A stretch of DNA of 64,000 nt from Macrostomum lignano (Eukaryota): the NCBI GenBank assembly GCA_002269645.1, contig NIVC01001769.1, positions 175,837 to 239,836 of the forward strand, given 5' to 3'. Shown here one piece after another: positions 12,046 to 54,286 of this stretch. How positions within the stretch are numbered: position 1 is the stretch's first letter; each line of letters opens with the position of its first letter. Below the pieces are notes generated by a model, which saw only the letters and a program-made list of their open reading frames with translations, had not been told where the DNA came from and made no database searches. The position numbers were made by a program, and so were the translations under genes.

Positions 12046-13510
12046 CTTCACAGCTCGTCACAAATTTGTTTTGGGGAGCAGAAAAGTCTGAACGTAAGAA
12101 ATCGCAACTCCCTAATTATTTGAATTGCCGCCTTACTGATTTATCAATTAAGTGTATTAAAACAAAATATTTACGAATTTTCAAAGAATAATTTATTAGC
12201 ATCTTCAACTTATTTTTTTATTATAAAATACTAAAAAATAATGAAAGAAATTGTTCTGTTCTAATAATCACAATTTAATTTGAAAATACGTCAGCTATTT
12301 GACTAAAATCTGAATTTCTAAAACCGACAGTCAAAATGTTCTACTCAAAGTAGCATAAATAGGAATTGCAGATAATAATTCCCCGAGTCTTGTAATTTCA
12401 ATTTAGTGTAGTCTGAGAATGCTAAAAATTGAATTCAGGTAGAAATTCAACTGCTATTATTCAAACAGACACGAATAGACAGGCACAGAGCAAGCAAAAG
12501 ATTTGTCTGAAAGTTCGTGTCCAACTCCAAGTGGACTAATTGCTTTTAGCAGATGAAGCCCTGCAGCCTCTTGCTGATTAATTATTGTCTGAAGAACGAC
12601 CGCTCGGCACGAAATTCCAATTTTCTCTTGTTCTTTGATGGGCGCATTTTTCCTGAACCTTCCACTTTTCAATCCGCTCGCTATTCATAAACTGCATGGT
12701 CCATAAAACCGTGACGCATATAAAATGAACGGTTCCAGAGCTCCGTGCATCTTCATACATAAGGCACACATGCGAATATAAACTACCACCGCCACCACCA
12801 CACTTAAAATACTGGAATTTAGCTGGCAAAGTGTTCCAAATGGACTCTTGTCTCGCACTTTCAAATGCCAATCAAAATTTGTTAGATTGCGCTGAATTTT
12901 TGGCAGAGATCAGGTGTGAAAAATCATAATTTTAATTCTAGGATTGCATTTAATGATTGTTTGGAATTCTTTTGAAATATTTTGACTTGCAATTAGAGAA
13001 GCTGAAGTACTTCTGAAAGTACAGGAGACAGCTGAGGCAGTCCACCTGAAGGTACAGAGGACAGCTGAGAGTCTTACTGAAATTCAGGCTAAAAGATAAT
13101 GAGTAATTCGGCTCCATCTTTCGGTCCCGATAATCCCATTTGATTAGTTTTGTTCCCAAAGAAGCAGATTAAGCAAATCTTGTCAGAAATTTCTTCAAAT
13201 GCAAACTTTGGAAAATTGAAATTTTCTAATTGGATTCTAAGAAATGCTCATTTCCTATAATTAAATATGCTGAAGATTTAAGCAGTGCGCTTGCATAAAA
13301 ATCCGATTAAGAACTGGTTAATCATTTATTAACTGGAATGTCTTTGCTGGCTCAGAGGGTTGGGTACAATCTGACTGACACAGTTCTCCTAAATCAGGAT
13401 TAAGGAATGTCCTGTTCTACAAAAAGAGAATGCAATTAGGGCATTACTGACTTGCTGGGTTGTCATGGATGAGCAGACTATTCACAAGATTAGAAATAAT
13501 ACTCAGTTTC

Positions 13511-14300
13511 TCTGTCCTGACACCCTACTGTCTATCCTGACACCCTACTGTCTGTCCTGACACCCTACTGTCTATCCTGATACCCTACTGTCTATCCTGA
13601 CACCCTACTGTCTGTCTATTCTGACACTCTACTGTCTATCCTGACACCCTACTGTCCTTCCTGACACCCTACTGTCCATCTTGACACCCTACTGTCTATC
13701 CTGACACCCTACTGTCCTTCCTGACACCCTACTGTCTATCCTGACACCCTACTGTCTATCCTGACACCCTACTGTTTATCCTGATACCCTACTGTCTATC
13801 CTGACACCCTACTGTCTATCCTGACACCCTACTGTCTGTTCTGACACCCTACTGTCTGTTCTGACACCCTACTGTCTGTTCTGACACCCTACTGTCTGTT
13901 CTGACACCCTACTGTCTGTTCTGACACCCTACTGTCTGTTCTGACACCCTACTGTCTGTTCTGATACCCTACTGTCTGTTCTGACACCCTACTGTCTGTT
14001 CTGACACCCTACTGTCTGTTCTGACACCCTACTGTCTATCCAGACACCCTACTGTCTGTCTATCCTGACACCCTACTGTCTGTTCTGACACCCTACTGTC
14101 TGTTCTGACACCCTACTGTCTCTCCTGACACCCTACTGTCTATCCTGACACCCTACTGTCTATCCTGACACCCTACTGTCTATCCTGACACCCTACTGTC
14201 TATCCTGACACCCTACTGTCTATCCTGACACCCTACTGTCTATCCTGACACCCTACTGTCTATCCTGATACCTTACACTGACAGTCTATTATTTTTATCC
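13511..14300. repeat. 20-bp minisatellite TGACACCCTACTGTCTATCC
   Basis: Direct reading. Confidence 0.95.
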
Positions 14301-15244
14301 GACACCCTATCATCACTTCTGCTATCCATGCTAATTAATTCACAGATAACCGAATGAGAGCAACAGGAACCATACCCAGCTAGTCAATAATCCATATTTT
14401 GCTGTCAGCGCTAAAACTAAAAGCAATTGCCAACCCAGTAAGCAACAAAGCCAGATGGGGATAGGGACAGTGTGGATATGGGAATAGGAAAAACTTGAGA
14501 CTGCAGACTGAAGTTGTAGCGCAGCGAGGGAATCTATTAGAGCGGTTGGGCTGTGTGGAAAATGCCTCACAGGGGATTCTCCGGACCAGAGTGAGTCTAT
14601 CCAGAGCTGCGGCCACTGGTCTGAGTGCTACGTAATGAATTAGATTATTTAATCAACGTGCCGTGACAAACGCGCGCTCTGGGGGGACCCCCGACAAAGA
14701 TGTGGATCGAGGCTGTCTGTGTGTTGTACACTATTCGCGCGAGAACATATCAGTCAGTCAGTCTGCTTCTCCCCCCTCTCTCTCTCTCTCTCTCTGTCGT
14801 TCCCTTCTAGACTGGAAAATTCTGTTTACCAGATTACGATATCCATTTTGTAGGGGGATTCAAAACTGGAGACCTAAAGGGAGATTTAGAAAGAGAGAGA
14901 GAGATAGAAAGAGAAAAAAATTATTGAAAGGGCCTGTGCAATGACGGCAATTAAAATTGAAAGGAACTTTTGTGAGTGGGAAATGAATGAATTGAGCTGC
15001 ATATTGAACGGGTGGAAGGAAGGGAGACACTGAGAGGCATTTAAAAAATAGATGAGAGTGAGAGAGGGAGGATCAGAGGTAGCCAGAGGATTGGGAGGGT
15101 GAGAAAGTGAGAGGTAGAGATGTGGGAGCTGAGAGGCAGGGTGAGAGGTAGCCAGTGGAATGAGAGATGGGGTGAGAGTTAGTCATAGGAGAGAAAGGGG
15201 TAAGAGGGAGGGTGAAAAGTAGCCAGTGAGAAAGTGAGAGGTAG

Positions 15245-15605
15245 AGAAGTGAGGGCTGAGAGGGAGGGGGAGAGGCGGTCAGAGAAGAGCTGAGAGGGAG
15301 GGGGAGAGGTGGCCAGAGAAGAGCTGAGAGGGAGGGGGAGAGGTGGCCAGAGAAGAGCTGAGAGGGAGGGGGAGAGGTGGCCAGAGAAGAGCTGAGAGGG
15401 AGGGGGAGAGGTGGTCAGAGAAGAGCTGAGAGGGAGGGGGAGAGGTGGCCAGAGAAGAGCTGAGAGGGAGGGGGAGAGGTGGTCAGAGAAGAGCTGAGAG
15501 GGAGGGGGAGAGGTGGCCAGAGAAGAGCTGAAAGGGAGGGGGAGAGGTGGTCAGAGAAGAGCTGAAAGGGAGGGGGAGAGGTGGTCAGAGAAGAGCTGAG
15601 AGGAA
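15245..15605. repeat. 34-bp purine-rich minisatellite
   Basis: GGCCAGAGAAGAGCTGAGAGGGAGGGGGAGAGGT units. Confidence 0.93.
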
Positions 15606-16051
15606 GGGAGGCCTGCGAGGCTCAGGCCCGCTGATTCCAGTCTGCCCGCATTCCATCTTTCTCGCGACCGGCTCCGATTGCAGCAGAATCTCAGCGCTCT
15701 GACAGGATAATTCTCCTCTTGGTCTCTTCCCATTCCATTCAGCGATCATGTTTTTATCTTTTATCAGCCTTTGAGCATTTGTCATTGGTCTGTTTGCACA
15801 TCAGGCCTGCTGGGACAGCTGATGAGGCAGACGCGATGGGGGGGGGGTAAATGCGCAAATGGGTGAAATCCTCACGACTATACTTCATTCGATGCTTGCT
15901 TAACAATTCTGTACGCTGGCAAAAGCTGAAAGCTGAAATCTGTTGGCCCAGTTCTGTGTGAACCTCATGCCCGAGACATTAAAATATTCTATAAGGGTCT
16001 GATTGCAGATTGCCATGGAGATCTAGAACTATATCATTGGAGTGGAAATCA

Positions 16052-16283
16052 CATTGTCGCAGAACCGGCGAGAGGCATTGCTGCCCATTCCGCCGACTCC
16101 CCTGAGCAGGCGCACAAGCGCGCGGATACGTACGCAGGCACACACTCACACAGGAGTGTACAGTGGCCCTAACTTTAATTATCGTTAGGTATGTACACTT
16201 CACTGTGCCTTGGGGGGTTGGCCCAAATTAATGTGACTGCACTTGGAATCGAGCCTGGGCCGTTGGCACTAGGCTACGCCCCC
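16052..16283 (-). mobile_element. tRNA-derived SINE, copy A
   Basis: Head GGGGGCGTAGCCTAGTG (A-box-like) ...GGCCCAGGCTCGATTCC (B-box-like). Body homologous to 62034-62324. Confidence 0.7.
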
Positions 16284-17057
16284 CTTCCCCATCCGGTTGC
16301 TTTATCCTGACCTCCTTGAACCCCCAAAGCTGTTTTAGCTCCTTCCTATTCCTCTTCCCTCAGTATGATTCACCCCCTATCCATTAGCTGGAACGAGAAA
16401 AGGGGATGGACTGTGTAAAGAATTAGTTTACACTTCTGCTGTACAGGAGGGGATTCTCTTCCACTGGGCCAGCCTCCGACCCAACGCCCTGGCAACAGTT
16501 TTTGTGTCAACTTGTAGAAATATACGCGATTTTTTCTCCTTTGTTCTCTCTCAACCGCACTATTCTTTCTTTCACTTTGTTAGTTGATACATTTTCGCAC
16601 TGCCACATCCGTCTCTCTCCATGGGGCTAAAACCGAATCTAAACATAACAGAATCGATCTGTTTACAGATGCGCCTTGCCGAGACGAGGCTGTCGAGCTG
16701 ACGATTCGAGTGCTTCTCGACCGGCGAGAGGAAAAAAGCATGCACGATGGGCAGCAGTCTATCTGATGCACTTTCAACTGTTTTATTGACCTAGATGGAC
16801 TCATCCTACAAGGACCTGACGACTGGTTATGTTGTTATGCTGTCTTATAATTATGGACCTTATGCGATGTTGATTTTTATTGATTAGTTCTCAAGTAGTT
16901 CAAGTATATTCTCGTATGTGTATATAATATAGCTAAGGGAAGCTGAAAGAAAAATATTAATCAACATCAATCTTGGCAAATCAAAGCGACAATACACTTT
17001 CAGAGTGTAAACTGTTACGGTTGAGTAAATTACGGTTAATTGCCTCAATCACGAAAG

Positions 17058-17558
17058 CTTAAATCACGGTTGCCTAAATCACGGTTGCCTAACAAAGACA
17101 CGGTTGCCTAATTTAAGATACGGTTGGCTAATTCAAGACACGGTTGCCTAATTCAGGGTTGTCTAAATCACAGTTGCCTAAATCACGGTTGGCTAATAAA
17201 GATACGGTTGCCTAATTCAGGGTTGTCTAAATCACAGTTACCTAAATCACGGTTGGCTAATAAAGACACGGTTGGCTAATTGAAGACACGGTTGCCTAAT
17301 TCAGGGTTGTCTAAATCACAGTTGCCTAAATCACGGTTGGCTAATAAAGACACGGTTGCCTAATTCAGGGTTGTCTAAATCACAGTTACCTAAATCACGG
17401 TTGGCTAATAAAGACACGGTTGGCTAATTTAAGATACGGTTGCCTAATTCAAGATACGGTTGCCTAATTCAAGATACGGTTGCCTAATTCAAGATACGGT
17501 TGCCTAATTCAAGAAACGGTTGCCTAATTCACGACACGGTTGCCTAATTCAAGACACT
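17058..17558. repeat. ~20-bp minisatellite CACGGTTGCCTAATTCAAGA with higher-order blocks
   Basis: Direct reading. Confidence 0.9.
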
Positions 17559-17974
17559 CAAAAGGCACTCCAACGAAACTTTGAAGACACCAATGAATTC
17601 AAAAAGTTGCAAATACAATCCAGCAACAAATAAGATCAAGATCGTAGATGGCCATTCTTTTCCCAGCTGGCAGGCTCGTCTTCTTTAAGTTTTAGACTAA
17701 AAAAAGATGACGAGGAAATCTACTAATCAACGAAATGTCGCAAGAAACGGTCTTAGCAGATTAAGATTTCGAGCAGCAAGCCACGTCTTTAATTAAGACA
17801 GACCTTGTTTAGATCGATTGTCAAATTTCTGATCCCAGCTTTTTGTCAATTCTAATTTATTTCTGATAGAGATTGGATGAAACGTCTAACCAAGTTTCCA
17901 CTGTTTGAGAGACCTTTTCAGAAGTCTTTTTCAAACAATTCTTATTGCGATTTCTAGGTTTTATTCTGAAGGGT

Positions 17975-18900
17975 TTGTGATGCTTGTGGTTTGTGAAGGT
18001 TGCGGTTTGTGATGGTTGTGGTTTGTGATGGTTGTGGTTTGTGATGGTTGTGGTTTATGATGGTTGTGGTTTGTGATGGTTGTGGTTTGTGATGCTTGTG
18101 GTTTGTGAAGGTTTTTGTTTTGGAAGGTTGTGATTTGTGATGGTTGTGGTTTGTGATGGTTTTGGTTTGTGAAGGTTGTGTTTCATAATGGTTGTGGTTT
18201 GGAATGGTTGTGGTTTGTGATGGTTTTGGTTTGTGATGCTTGTGTTTCATGATGGTTGTGGTTTGGAATGGTTGTGGTTTGTGATGGTTGTGGTTTATGA
18301 TGGTTTTGTTTTGTGAAGGTTTTTGTTTTGGATGGTTGTGGTTTATGATGGTTGTGGTTTATGATGGTTGTGGTTTATGATGGTTGTGGTTTATGATGGT
18401 TTTGTTTTGTGAAGGTTTTTGTTTTGGATGGTTGTGGTTTATGATGGTTGTGGTTTATGATGGTTGTGGTTTATGATGGTTGTGGTTTATGATGGTTGTG
18501 GTTTATGATGGTTTTGGTTTGTGAAGGTTTTTGTTTTGGATGGTTGTGATTTGTGAAGGTTGTGTTTTGTGAAGGTTGTGGTTTGTGATGGTTTTGGTTT
18601 GTGAAGGTTATGGTTTGTGATGCTTGTGGTTTATGATGGTTGTGGTTTGTGAAGGTTGTGGTTTATGATGCTTGTGGTTTGTGAAGGTTATGGTTTGTGA
18701 TGCTTGTGGTTTATGATGGTTGTGGTTTATGATGGTTGTGGTTTATGATGGTTGTGGTTTATGATGGCTGTGGTTTATGATGGTTGTGGTTTGTGAAGGT
18801 TATGGTTTGTGAAGGCTGTGGCTTGTGGAGGCTCCGTTTGTCAAAGCTTTGGTTTGTGAGGTTTGTGTTTTTAAGGATTGTGGGTTGTGAAGGTTGTGGT
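17975..18900. repeat. 16-bp minisatellite GATGGTTGTGGTTTGT
   Basis: Direct reading. Confidence 0.95.
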
Positions 18901-19777
18901 TTGTTAAGTTTCTGGTTTCAAGTAATGGTCTAAAGTGGGACTAATATTTAGTATTGTTAACCCGCAGAACATTCCCTTTTCCATCCTCAACGTACAGTCA
19001 CTCTTTCTGTCGATTCTATCTGGCCCTATGTCCGACAGTATGACCTACAGATGGAGCCCAGCTTCCCAACTCACTGATTGGCCGAAAACCCTGGAACACC
19101 CGAGCCCCCCCCCCTCCCCCAGGGAATGTAAAACTCTGATTTCCCCAGTCCTCAGCTGAACTCCAGGAACCGAGGCACCGAATGCTTAGTTCAAAATATT
19201 TTCCTCCACGCACACGATGCCCAGCCATACAAATAGGTGAGCTCCCATTATGTATTCTTTTATTTATAACTTTAATCTGCGCTCCAGCCCAGGTTTGGCC
19301 ATAAAAATCTTTGAAAGGAGTTATTCTTTTTCTACAGAAGTTTAAATACTTGCTTGAATAGGAATTTTCAGCCCATTTGTCTGGTTGGCAAAGGCCCAGG
19401 CGCTTTCAATACTTTCGACTACGCAGACTCTGGGCGCCAGGCAGATTGAGTGCACTTTTAATTTTATTCCCAGTTTAGGATTTCAAGTTTTTCAAGCAGA
19501 AAAACGACTTAAGCTCAACTAGGAACTAAGAATTGAAGGCCGATGGCCAGACTAAATTTGAGGTCAATAGTCTAGGATCAATGGCCTAATTTTTCAAATC
19601 AAAGCAGACAGACTAAGATATCCTTTTTGTAGCAATCAATCGCACATTCTCAAAAAACAGATTTATTGATGTCGAAGGAAACTTTTCTGGTTTACATGTA
19701 AGTTAGGTTGCCTTTTCAGACTCCTGGAAGCTCTCCATCTGGCTTAACTTCAGGCTTATCGTATCTCGTCTTCAAGC

Positions 19778-20240
19778 TCATTGTATCTCACCTTCAGTCT
19801 CATTGTATCTCACCTTCAGACTGATTGTATCTCACCTTCAGTCTCATTGTATTTCACCTTCAGGATCTCATTGTATCTCATCTTCAGGCTAATTGTATCT
19901 CACCTTCAGGCTCATTGTATCTCACCTTCAGGATCTTATTGTATCTCACCTTCAGGATCTCATTGTATCTCACCTTCAGGATCTCATTGTATCTCACCTT
20001 CAGGATCTCATTGTATCTCACCTTCAGGATCTCATTGTATCTCACCTTCAGGATCTCATTGTATCTCACCTTCAGGATCTCATTGTATCTCATCTTCAGG
20101 CTAATTGTATCTCACCTTCAGGCTCATTGTATCTCACCTTCAGGATCTCATTGTATCTCACCTTCAGGATCTCATTGTATCTCACCTTCAGGATTTCATT
20201 GTATCTCACCTTCAGGATCTCATTGTATCTCACTTTCAGG
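19778..20240. repeat. 24-bp minisatellite CTCATTGTATCTCACCTTCAGGAT
   Basis: Direct reading. Confidence 0.95.
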
Positions 20241-20790
20241 CTTAATTCACTTTACCTACAGAATACTCGGGAACTAATTCTAATCTGGTAGTCATGACAA
20301 CTACCAATGTCTTATTTCGGGAATTTTTCGTCTTATAACAAAACTGAGAGTCAGCGTACAGACCTTCACCTTTCTCCCCGCTCTCGTCGGCGAACCCAGC
20401 CCTGATTGCTATCCAATTTCCACATTTTTCTCCTTCTCAATCATTTTTCTCATCCTCTGGCAGTGCATCTGCGACCCGCGGCCCCGCCCTATGCTGCGCC
20501 GAGCAATCTATTGATTAATTTCCGAGGTCTCTCAATAAGCGAGCGAAGTAACGCTCAAGTACTTCTGTTCTTCTATTTTTTTCTCCTCGCTTCTTCATTC
20601 TCGCACACCCTCGATTTCCTGACTGTGGCTCCCCGTCTGCTGAGGTGGAGTTGGCACGGGGGGTTGGGGCGCTCAGCGGCTTGAAGAAAATTAATTTCAA
20701 ACAGCCATCCGTCTCTCAGACTGGCTTTTGGAAACTCGAAGCATTTGGGCTGTTGTAGAAATTAGGGTGCAATGCCTTTCTCAAACTGGC

Positions 20791-21185
<395 letters not shown>

Positions 21186-21595
21186 GATGGCAAAGCAAAT
21201 CGAAATGAAGCCCGACTGAAGCGATGTGGAACCGCAAGCGAAACGAGGAGAAAAGCAGAGAGAAGGATGAGGCAGCCGAGGAGAAGCTGATGACACAGTC
21301 CGTGTGCCAAGCGTGTCCCCCTAATAGAATGTGACTTGCAGTTCCACTCCGGAAGCTGGCAATGCAATCTCTTTAAAACAGTCGTAAAATTGCACCACAG
21401 GCTGTTCCCAATGGAAAATCGCTGCGGCTCTTCTGCTACTACAGAAATCACAACCAGCTTTGTTCGCAATAAAGTCAATTTGGCTCTTTTGAGGGGCCAG
21501 CGCTTTTGCTTTTAGTAATGAAAATAATTGCTTCTCTGGAAATGAAGCCGGAGCTTTTCCTGCTTTTACGGAGCTCTGCGTTGGAAATGGGAGTA

Positions 21596-22071
<476 letters not shown>

Positions 22072-22544
22072 AGTATTGCAGAGGCAAAAACAGATTTTCT
22101 CATTTCAACTCAAACCAGACCACCCTCTCAGCCCCAATGGCAAAGCATTGATTTCAAACGGTAGAACTCATTTCGGGCCGTAGGTCCCGAGGGAAATTAT
22201 TCGTTCGACGATTGAATTCAATATCAAAACTAAAAACTGCGTGAGTCGCGGGGGAACCTTTAAACAGCATGGGAGAGAAGGCAGACCAGCAAGCAGTATG
22301 CACTAATGTTGTTGTTGCACTTTGTCAATCTAAAAGTGAGAGAGGTGCGAGAGAATAGAAGAAAATAGACCAGACACAACGAATGGAGAGACACGATATT
22401 CATGTAAGAGGGGCAGAGGAATGAAGTAATCATGGTAGCGGAATAAGTAGTGGATAAAGAGGGAGACGAAAGAAGAAGGGTAGAGAGGTGAGAGAAGAAG
22501 GAGATGCAGGGAGATAGAGATAGAGAGAGTGGGAGAGCGGGAGG

Positions 22545-23195
22545 GAGAGTAAGAGGGAGAGGGAGAGGGAGAGGGAGAGGGAGAGGGAGAGGGAGAGGGA
22601 GAGGGAGAGGGAGAGTAAGAGGGAGAGGGAGAGGGAGAGGGAGAGGGAGAGGGAGAGGGAGATGGAGATAGAGATGGAGATGGAGATAGAGATGGAGATA
22701 GAGATGGAGATGGAGATAGAGAGGGAGATGGAGATGGAGATAGAGATGGAGATGGAGATGGAGATAGAGATGGAGATGAAGATGGAGATAGAGAGGGAGA
22801 TGGAGATGAAGATGGAGATGGAGATGGAGATAGAGAGGGAGATGGAGATGAAGATGGAGATGGAGATGGAGATAGAGAGGGAGATGGAGATAGAGATGGA
22901 GATGGAGATGGAGATAGAGATAGAGATGGAGATAGAGATGGAGATAGAGAGGGAGATGGAGATAGAGATGGAGATGGAGATGGAGATAGAGATGGAGATG
23001 GAGATGGAGATGGAGATGGAGAGGAAGATGGAGATGGAGATGGAGATGGAGATGGAGATGGAGATGGAGATGGAGATGGAGATGGAGATGAAGATAGAGA
23101 GGAAGATGGAGATGGAGATGGAGATGGAGATGGAGATGGAGAGGGAGATGGAGAGGGAGATAGAGAGGAAGATGGAGAGGGAGATGGAGAGGAAG
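22545..23195. repeat. Compound hexamer repeat (GAGAGG)n grading into (GAGATG)n
   Basis: Direct reading. Confidence 0.95.
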
Positions 23196-23696
23196 AGAGT
23201 TGGTTAAGTGGAAGGCAAAAAAACAGATAAATGAGCCGCTGAAACAGAGAGGCGTTATGATCGAGGGGTTAAACACACGGTTATGATTTTCACAGAGATT
23301 TAAAAAAATACAATTTTACCTAAAACGACATAATTATTGTTTTATTAATTTAGAATGCATCCCACAAGGCCTCTGGCACTCATATCTCGGAGACTAAAGA
23401 TTCACATCACTGCCTGAGTCACAAACCATGACAGAGAATTCTTTCTCCGTGAGCGACTGGTTTTGCATTCTCAAGGCCAGCGCCATCATCTGATGCTTGC
23501 GCACGTGACCTTTTATAAATAGGATTCCCGGCTGGCGATCAAAGCTTCTGGGGCGCAGAGGCTGTCAGCCCGGAATGATAATGAATGAAGCTTGGGACTT
23601 GAGCTCATTCATTTTTAAATAGGCGAGCAGGTCTCATTCTTGCCTGAATGAATTACATGTGCAGCACGGTCTCTGTGTGCGATTCTCTGCGATCCT

Positions 23697-24037
<341 letters not shown>

Positions 24038-24667
24038 TGTCAGTTGAAGTCGCTTTCAGAGTTACATTAGAACAGCATATGCTCAAATTAAAGGCAGAAG
24101 GCCATCAGTTTTCAACACTCTACTGACAGTAGCTGATGAGAATATAAGAATACTGCAGCGCAGAAAGCCTCTAACCGGAAAAACCGGATTGTAATAGCTT
24201 GCAGCCTGCCTGGAGAATGCGGCAGGCCCTGTCCCTTAACTGAGCTTCACACTGCAAGTTTTTTTTACGGCTAGAAGAAGTGGAAGTATGAAAGTCGTAA
24301 ACCTGCGTATTAAGCATGCGCAGAATTTTTATTTGGCCTCTCTATGTGTACAGCGCCTTGCTTTTCCCGTTAGTATTATCTATTATTATTTCCCAGATTT
24401 TATTCCCGCACCGGAGTGTGGGAATTTTCTGCTGCGCACACACTGTAGCAGCGAATGATTGTGGATTGATTTCGGCTCTGACACTTTCAATAGAAGTTAT
24501 GAACATTCTCTCACTATTCTAGCATTTGTAGCATCGCAATATCCATTTTTATTTTTCAGTAACGAGATGAAAAACTTCTGACAAAATTATTCAACATCAA
24601 GGATGAAAATAATTCCAGCTGTTGCAATCAAACTCGACCTGGCAATTCACTAGGATAGGCTCCTCTC

Positions 24668-52411
<27,744 letters not shown>

Positions 52412-54286
52412 CTAAATCTAAGGTTAACGTTTTGCACATTATTAAGCACTCAACTTGCCACTTGTCCAAGAATCGGAACTAATTAATTTAGTAAAACTGC
52501 TAAAAGGGATGACGACACAATGCTGTGAAATCTCATGATATTTTATAGGTAGGTGTACTACATGTGAATTAATTAATGAATTACACATTTTTAAGCCAAT
52601 AAAGGTGCAAATAATGTTGAATTCAAGTGCAAAGATAGTTGATAAAGACTTCTATAGTTCCGACGACAAATAGTTCAGCTTTGACACTATTTGCAAAAAA
52701 TATTGCTGGTGCATAAAAAGTTATGAAACTGCATGCTTGAATTACATTCGAGTGTTAAATAGTTTTTTTTGCAAATCATTTTTGGAATCGCTGGATGCGC
52801 TATCTAATTTAGTGTATGCCATTTGATTATTTTGTATGAATAAAAATAAAAAAACTCGCATTGCCCAAGCAAGCTGCCAATGATTAGTACGTGGCAAGTA
52901 AATCTCAACTATAGCAAAGTTGCTGTGTTAAGTCCACAAACAGATAAGCTTTTCTCACAAATTTTATGCGTGTAATATTTTGTTGAGCCTTATAGATTTA
53001 TCTTTTTTCATTGCGTCTTCAATTTTTTGTAAAATTTTCTCGCTAATTTCTGTCTCTGTTAATGATTTTTATTTGAAAATTCAAAATTTTGCTGAAAATT
53101 GAGATCTTACACCCGCAAAGCATTCCGACGCTCGCCGACGCATCGTCGATGTCGATGGACGTCGCTAGCAAATGTGTATTTTTACATTAAATCGACGGCA
53201 AACGACGTTATGCGTCGGAGGAACGTCGTGTGATATAAAAGTGACCAGCGCCAGCAACGTCGATACATGTCAGAAACGTCGGTCGACGTTGCCGGTGGCA
53301 GATTGCTGTACCGGATGGTCCTTAGGTATAATTACTGTACATGTATGTCAGCCAGAAAAAACTCTCCAATTGGTTTGTCACGTATTTTTTCTCACGCTCT
53401 CAACAATTTTACTCTGTTTAGGCCATTTGATGCGTAAAAAATTGAAAAAATTGAATTAAAATTGTCTTCTTTCGTTAATTTGCTTTTTTTTTAATCATGC
53501 GTCGCGCGTACAAAAACACGGGCTATAAAATGCGTCTTAGTTTATTGTCTTTTTAATTAGCAATGATATGTAGTCCTTTAGTATAAATATGAAAGACAGA
53601 ATGAATGAAGACAGCTAGTCTAATATTAAATTGACTTTTTGATAGAAAACGTTGCAAGAATTGATCTTGGCTTTTTCCATTTGCATTTGGTGGTCAAATT
53701 TAGACTTTTAGTCCAATCTGAGCTGCTTGGACGCCTCTGTTGCCACCCCTTGCAAGTCCACGAATACAAGCGTATCACATTCGTATACTTCTTGTGTGAT
53801 TCGAAATTGGTCACAATTTTTTTTTAAATCAAGCGACGAAAGGCGTGCAAGTTTATCAGCGCGCACTGATACAAATGCGCACAACAAAGCATTTTCTTCA
53901 ACAACTGGTTCTGCGCCACGAAACTATCGATACACCACTAGAGTGTTATGAAGCCTCGATCCTATCGGTATACAGTATATAACCAAGCCTGAACCAAATT
54001 CGTCGCTATATTACAGTTAAAGAAAATCGATCTATTCTGAGATTTAACTCTACGATTCTACACTCCATGTCCCTGTTGTTCTCCTGCTTTGATATATTTA
54101 ACTTTCATGTGAAATTCAACAAGTAGACTTGTTCTTGCGGCCACGGATAGAGAGACTAAATATATTATAGAACCCATTTACACAGCCTTAAGTTAAAGCA
54201 TCTTGTTTTAAGGTTCTTCAAGACAACAAAATTTATTCAGAACATAGGAACTTTTCGCTATAGATTCTTCAAACACGCATAAAAGA

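Noticed and set aside
14340-14616. Hydrophobic minus-strand ORFs as the ERp44 signal-peptide exon
   Set aside because: They begin with GTG and their donor phase does not fit; a proper ATG plus signal peptide exon exists at 12045-11937.
16580-16804. Short ORFs next to SINE copy A
   Set aside because: No recognisable domain or consistent exon partner.
53105-53330. CGACG-rich stretch resembling a MITE end
   Set aside because: No matching second terminus or TSD found.
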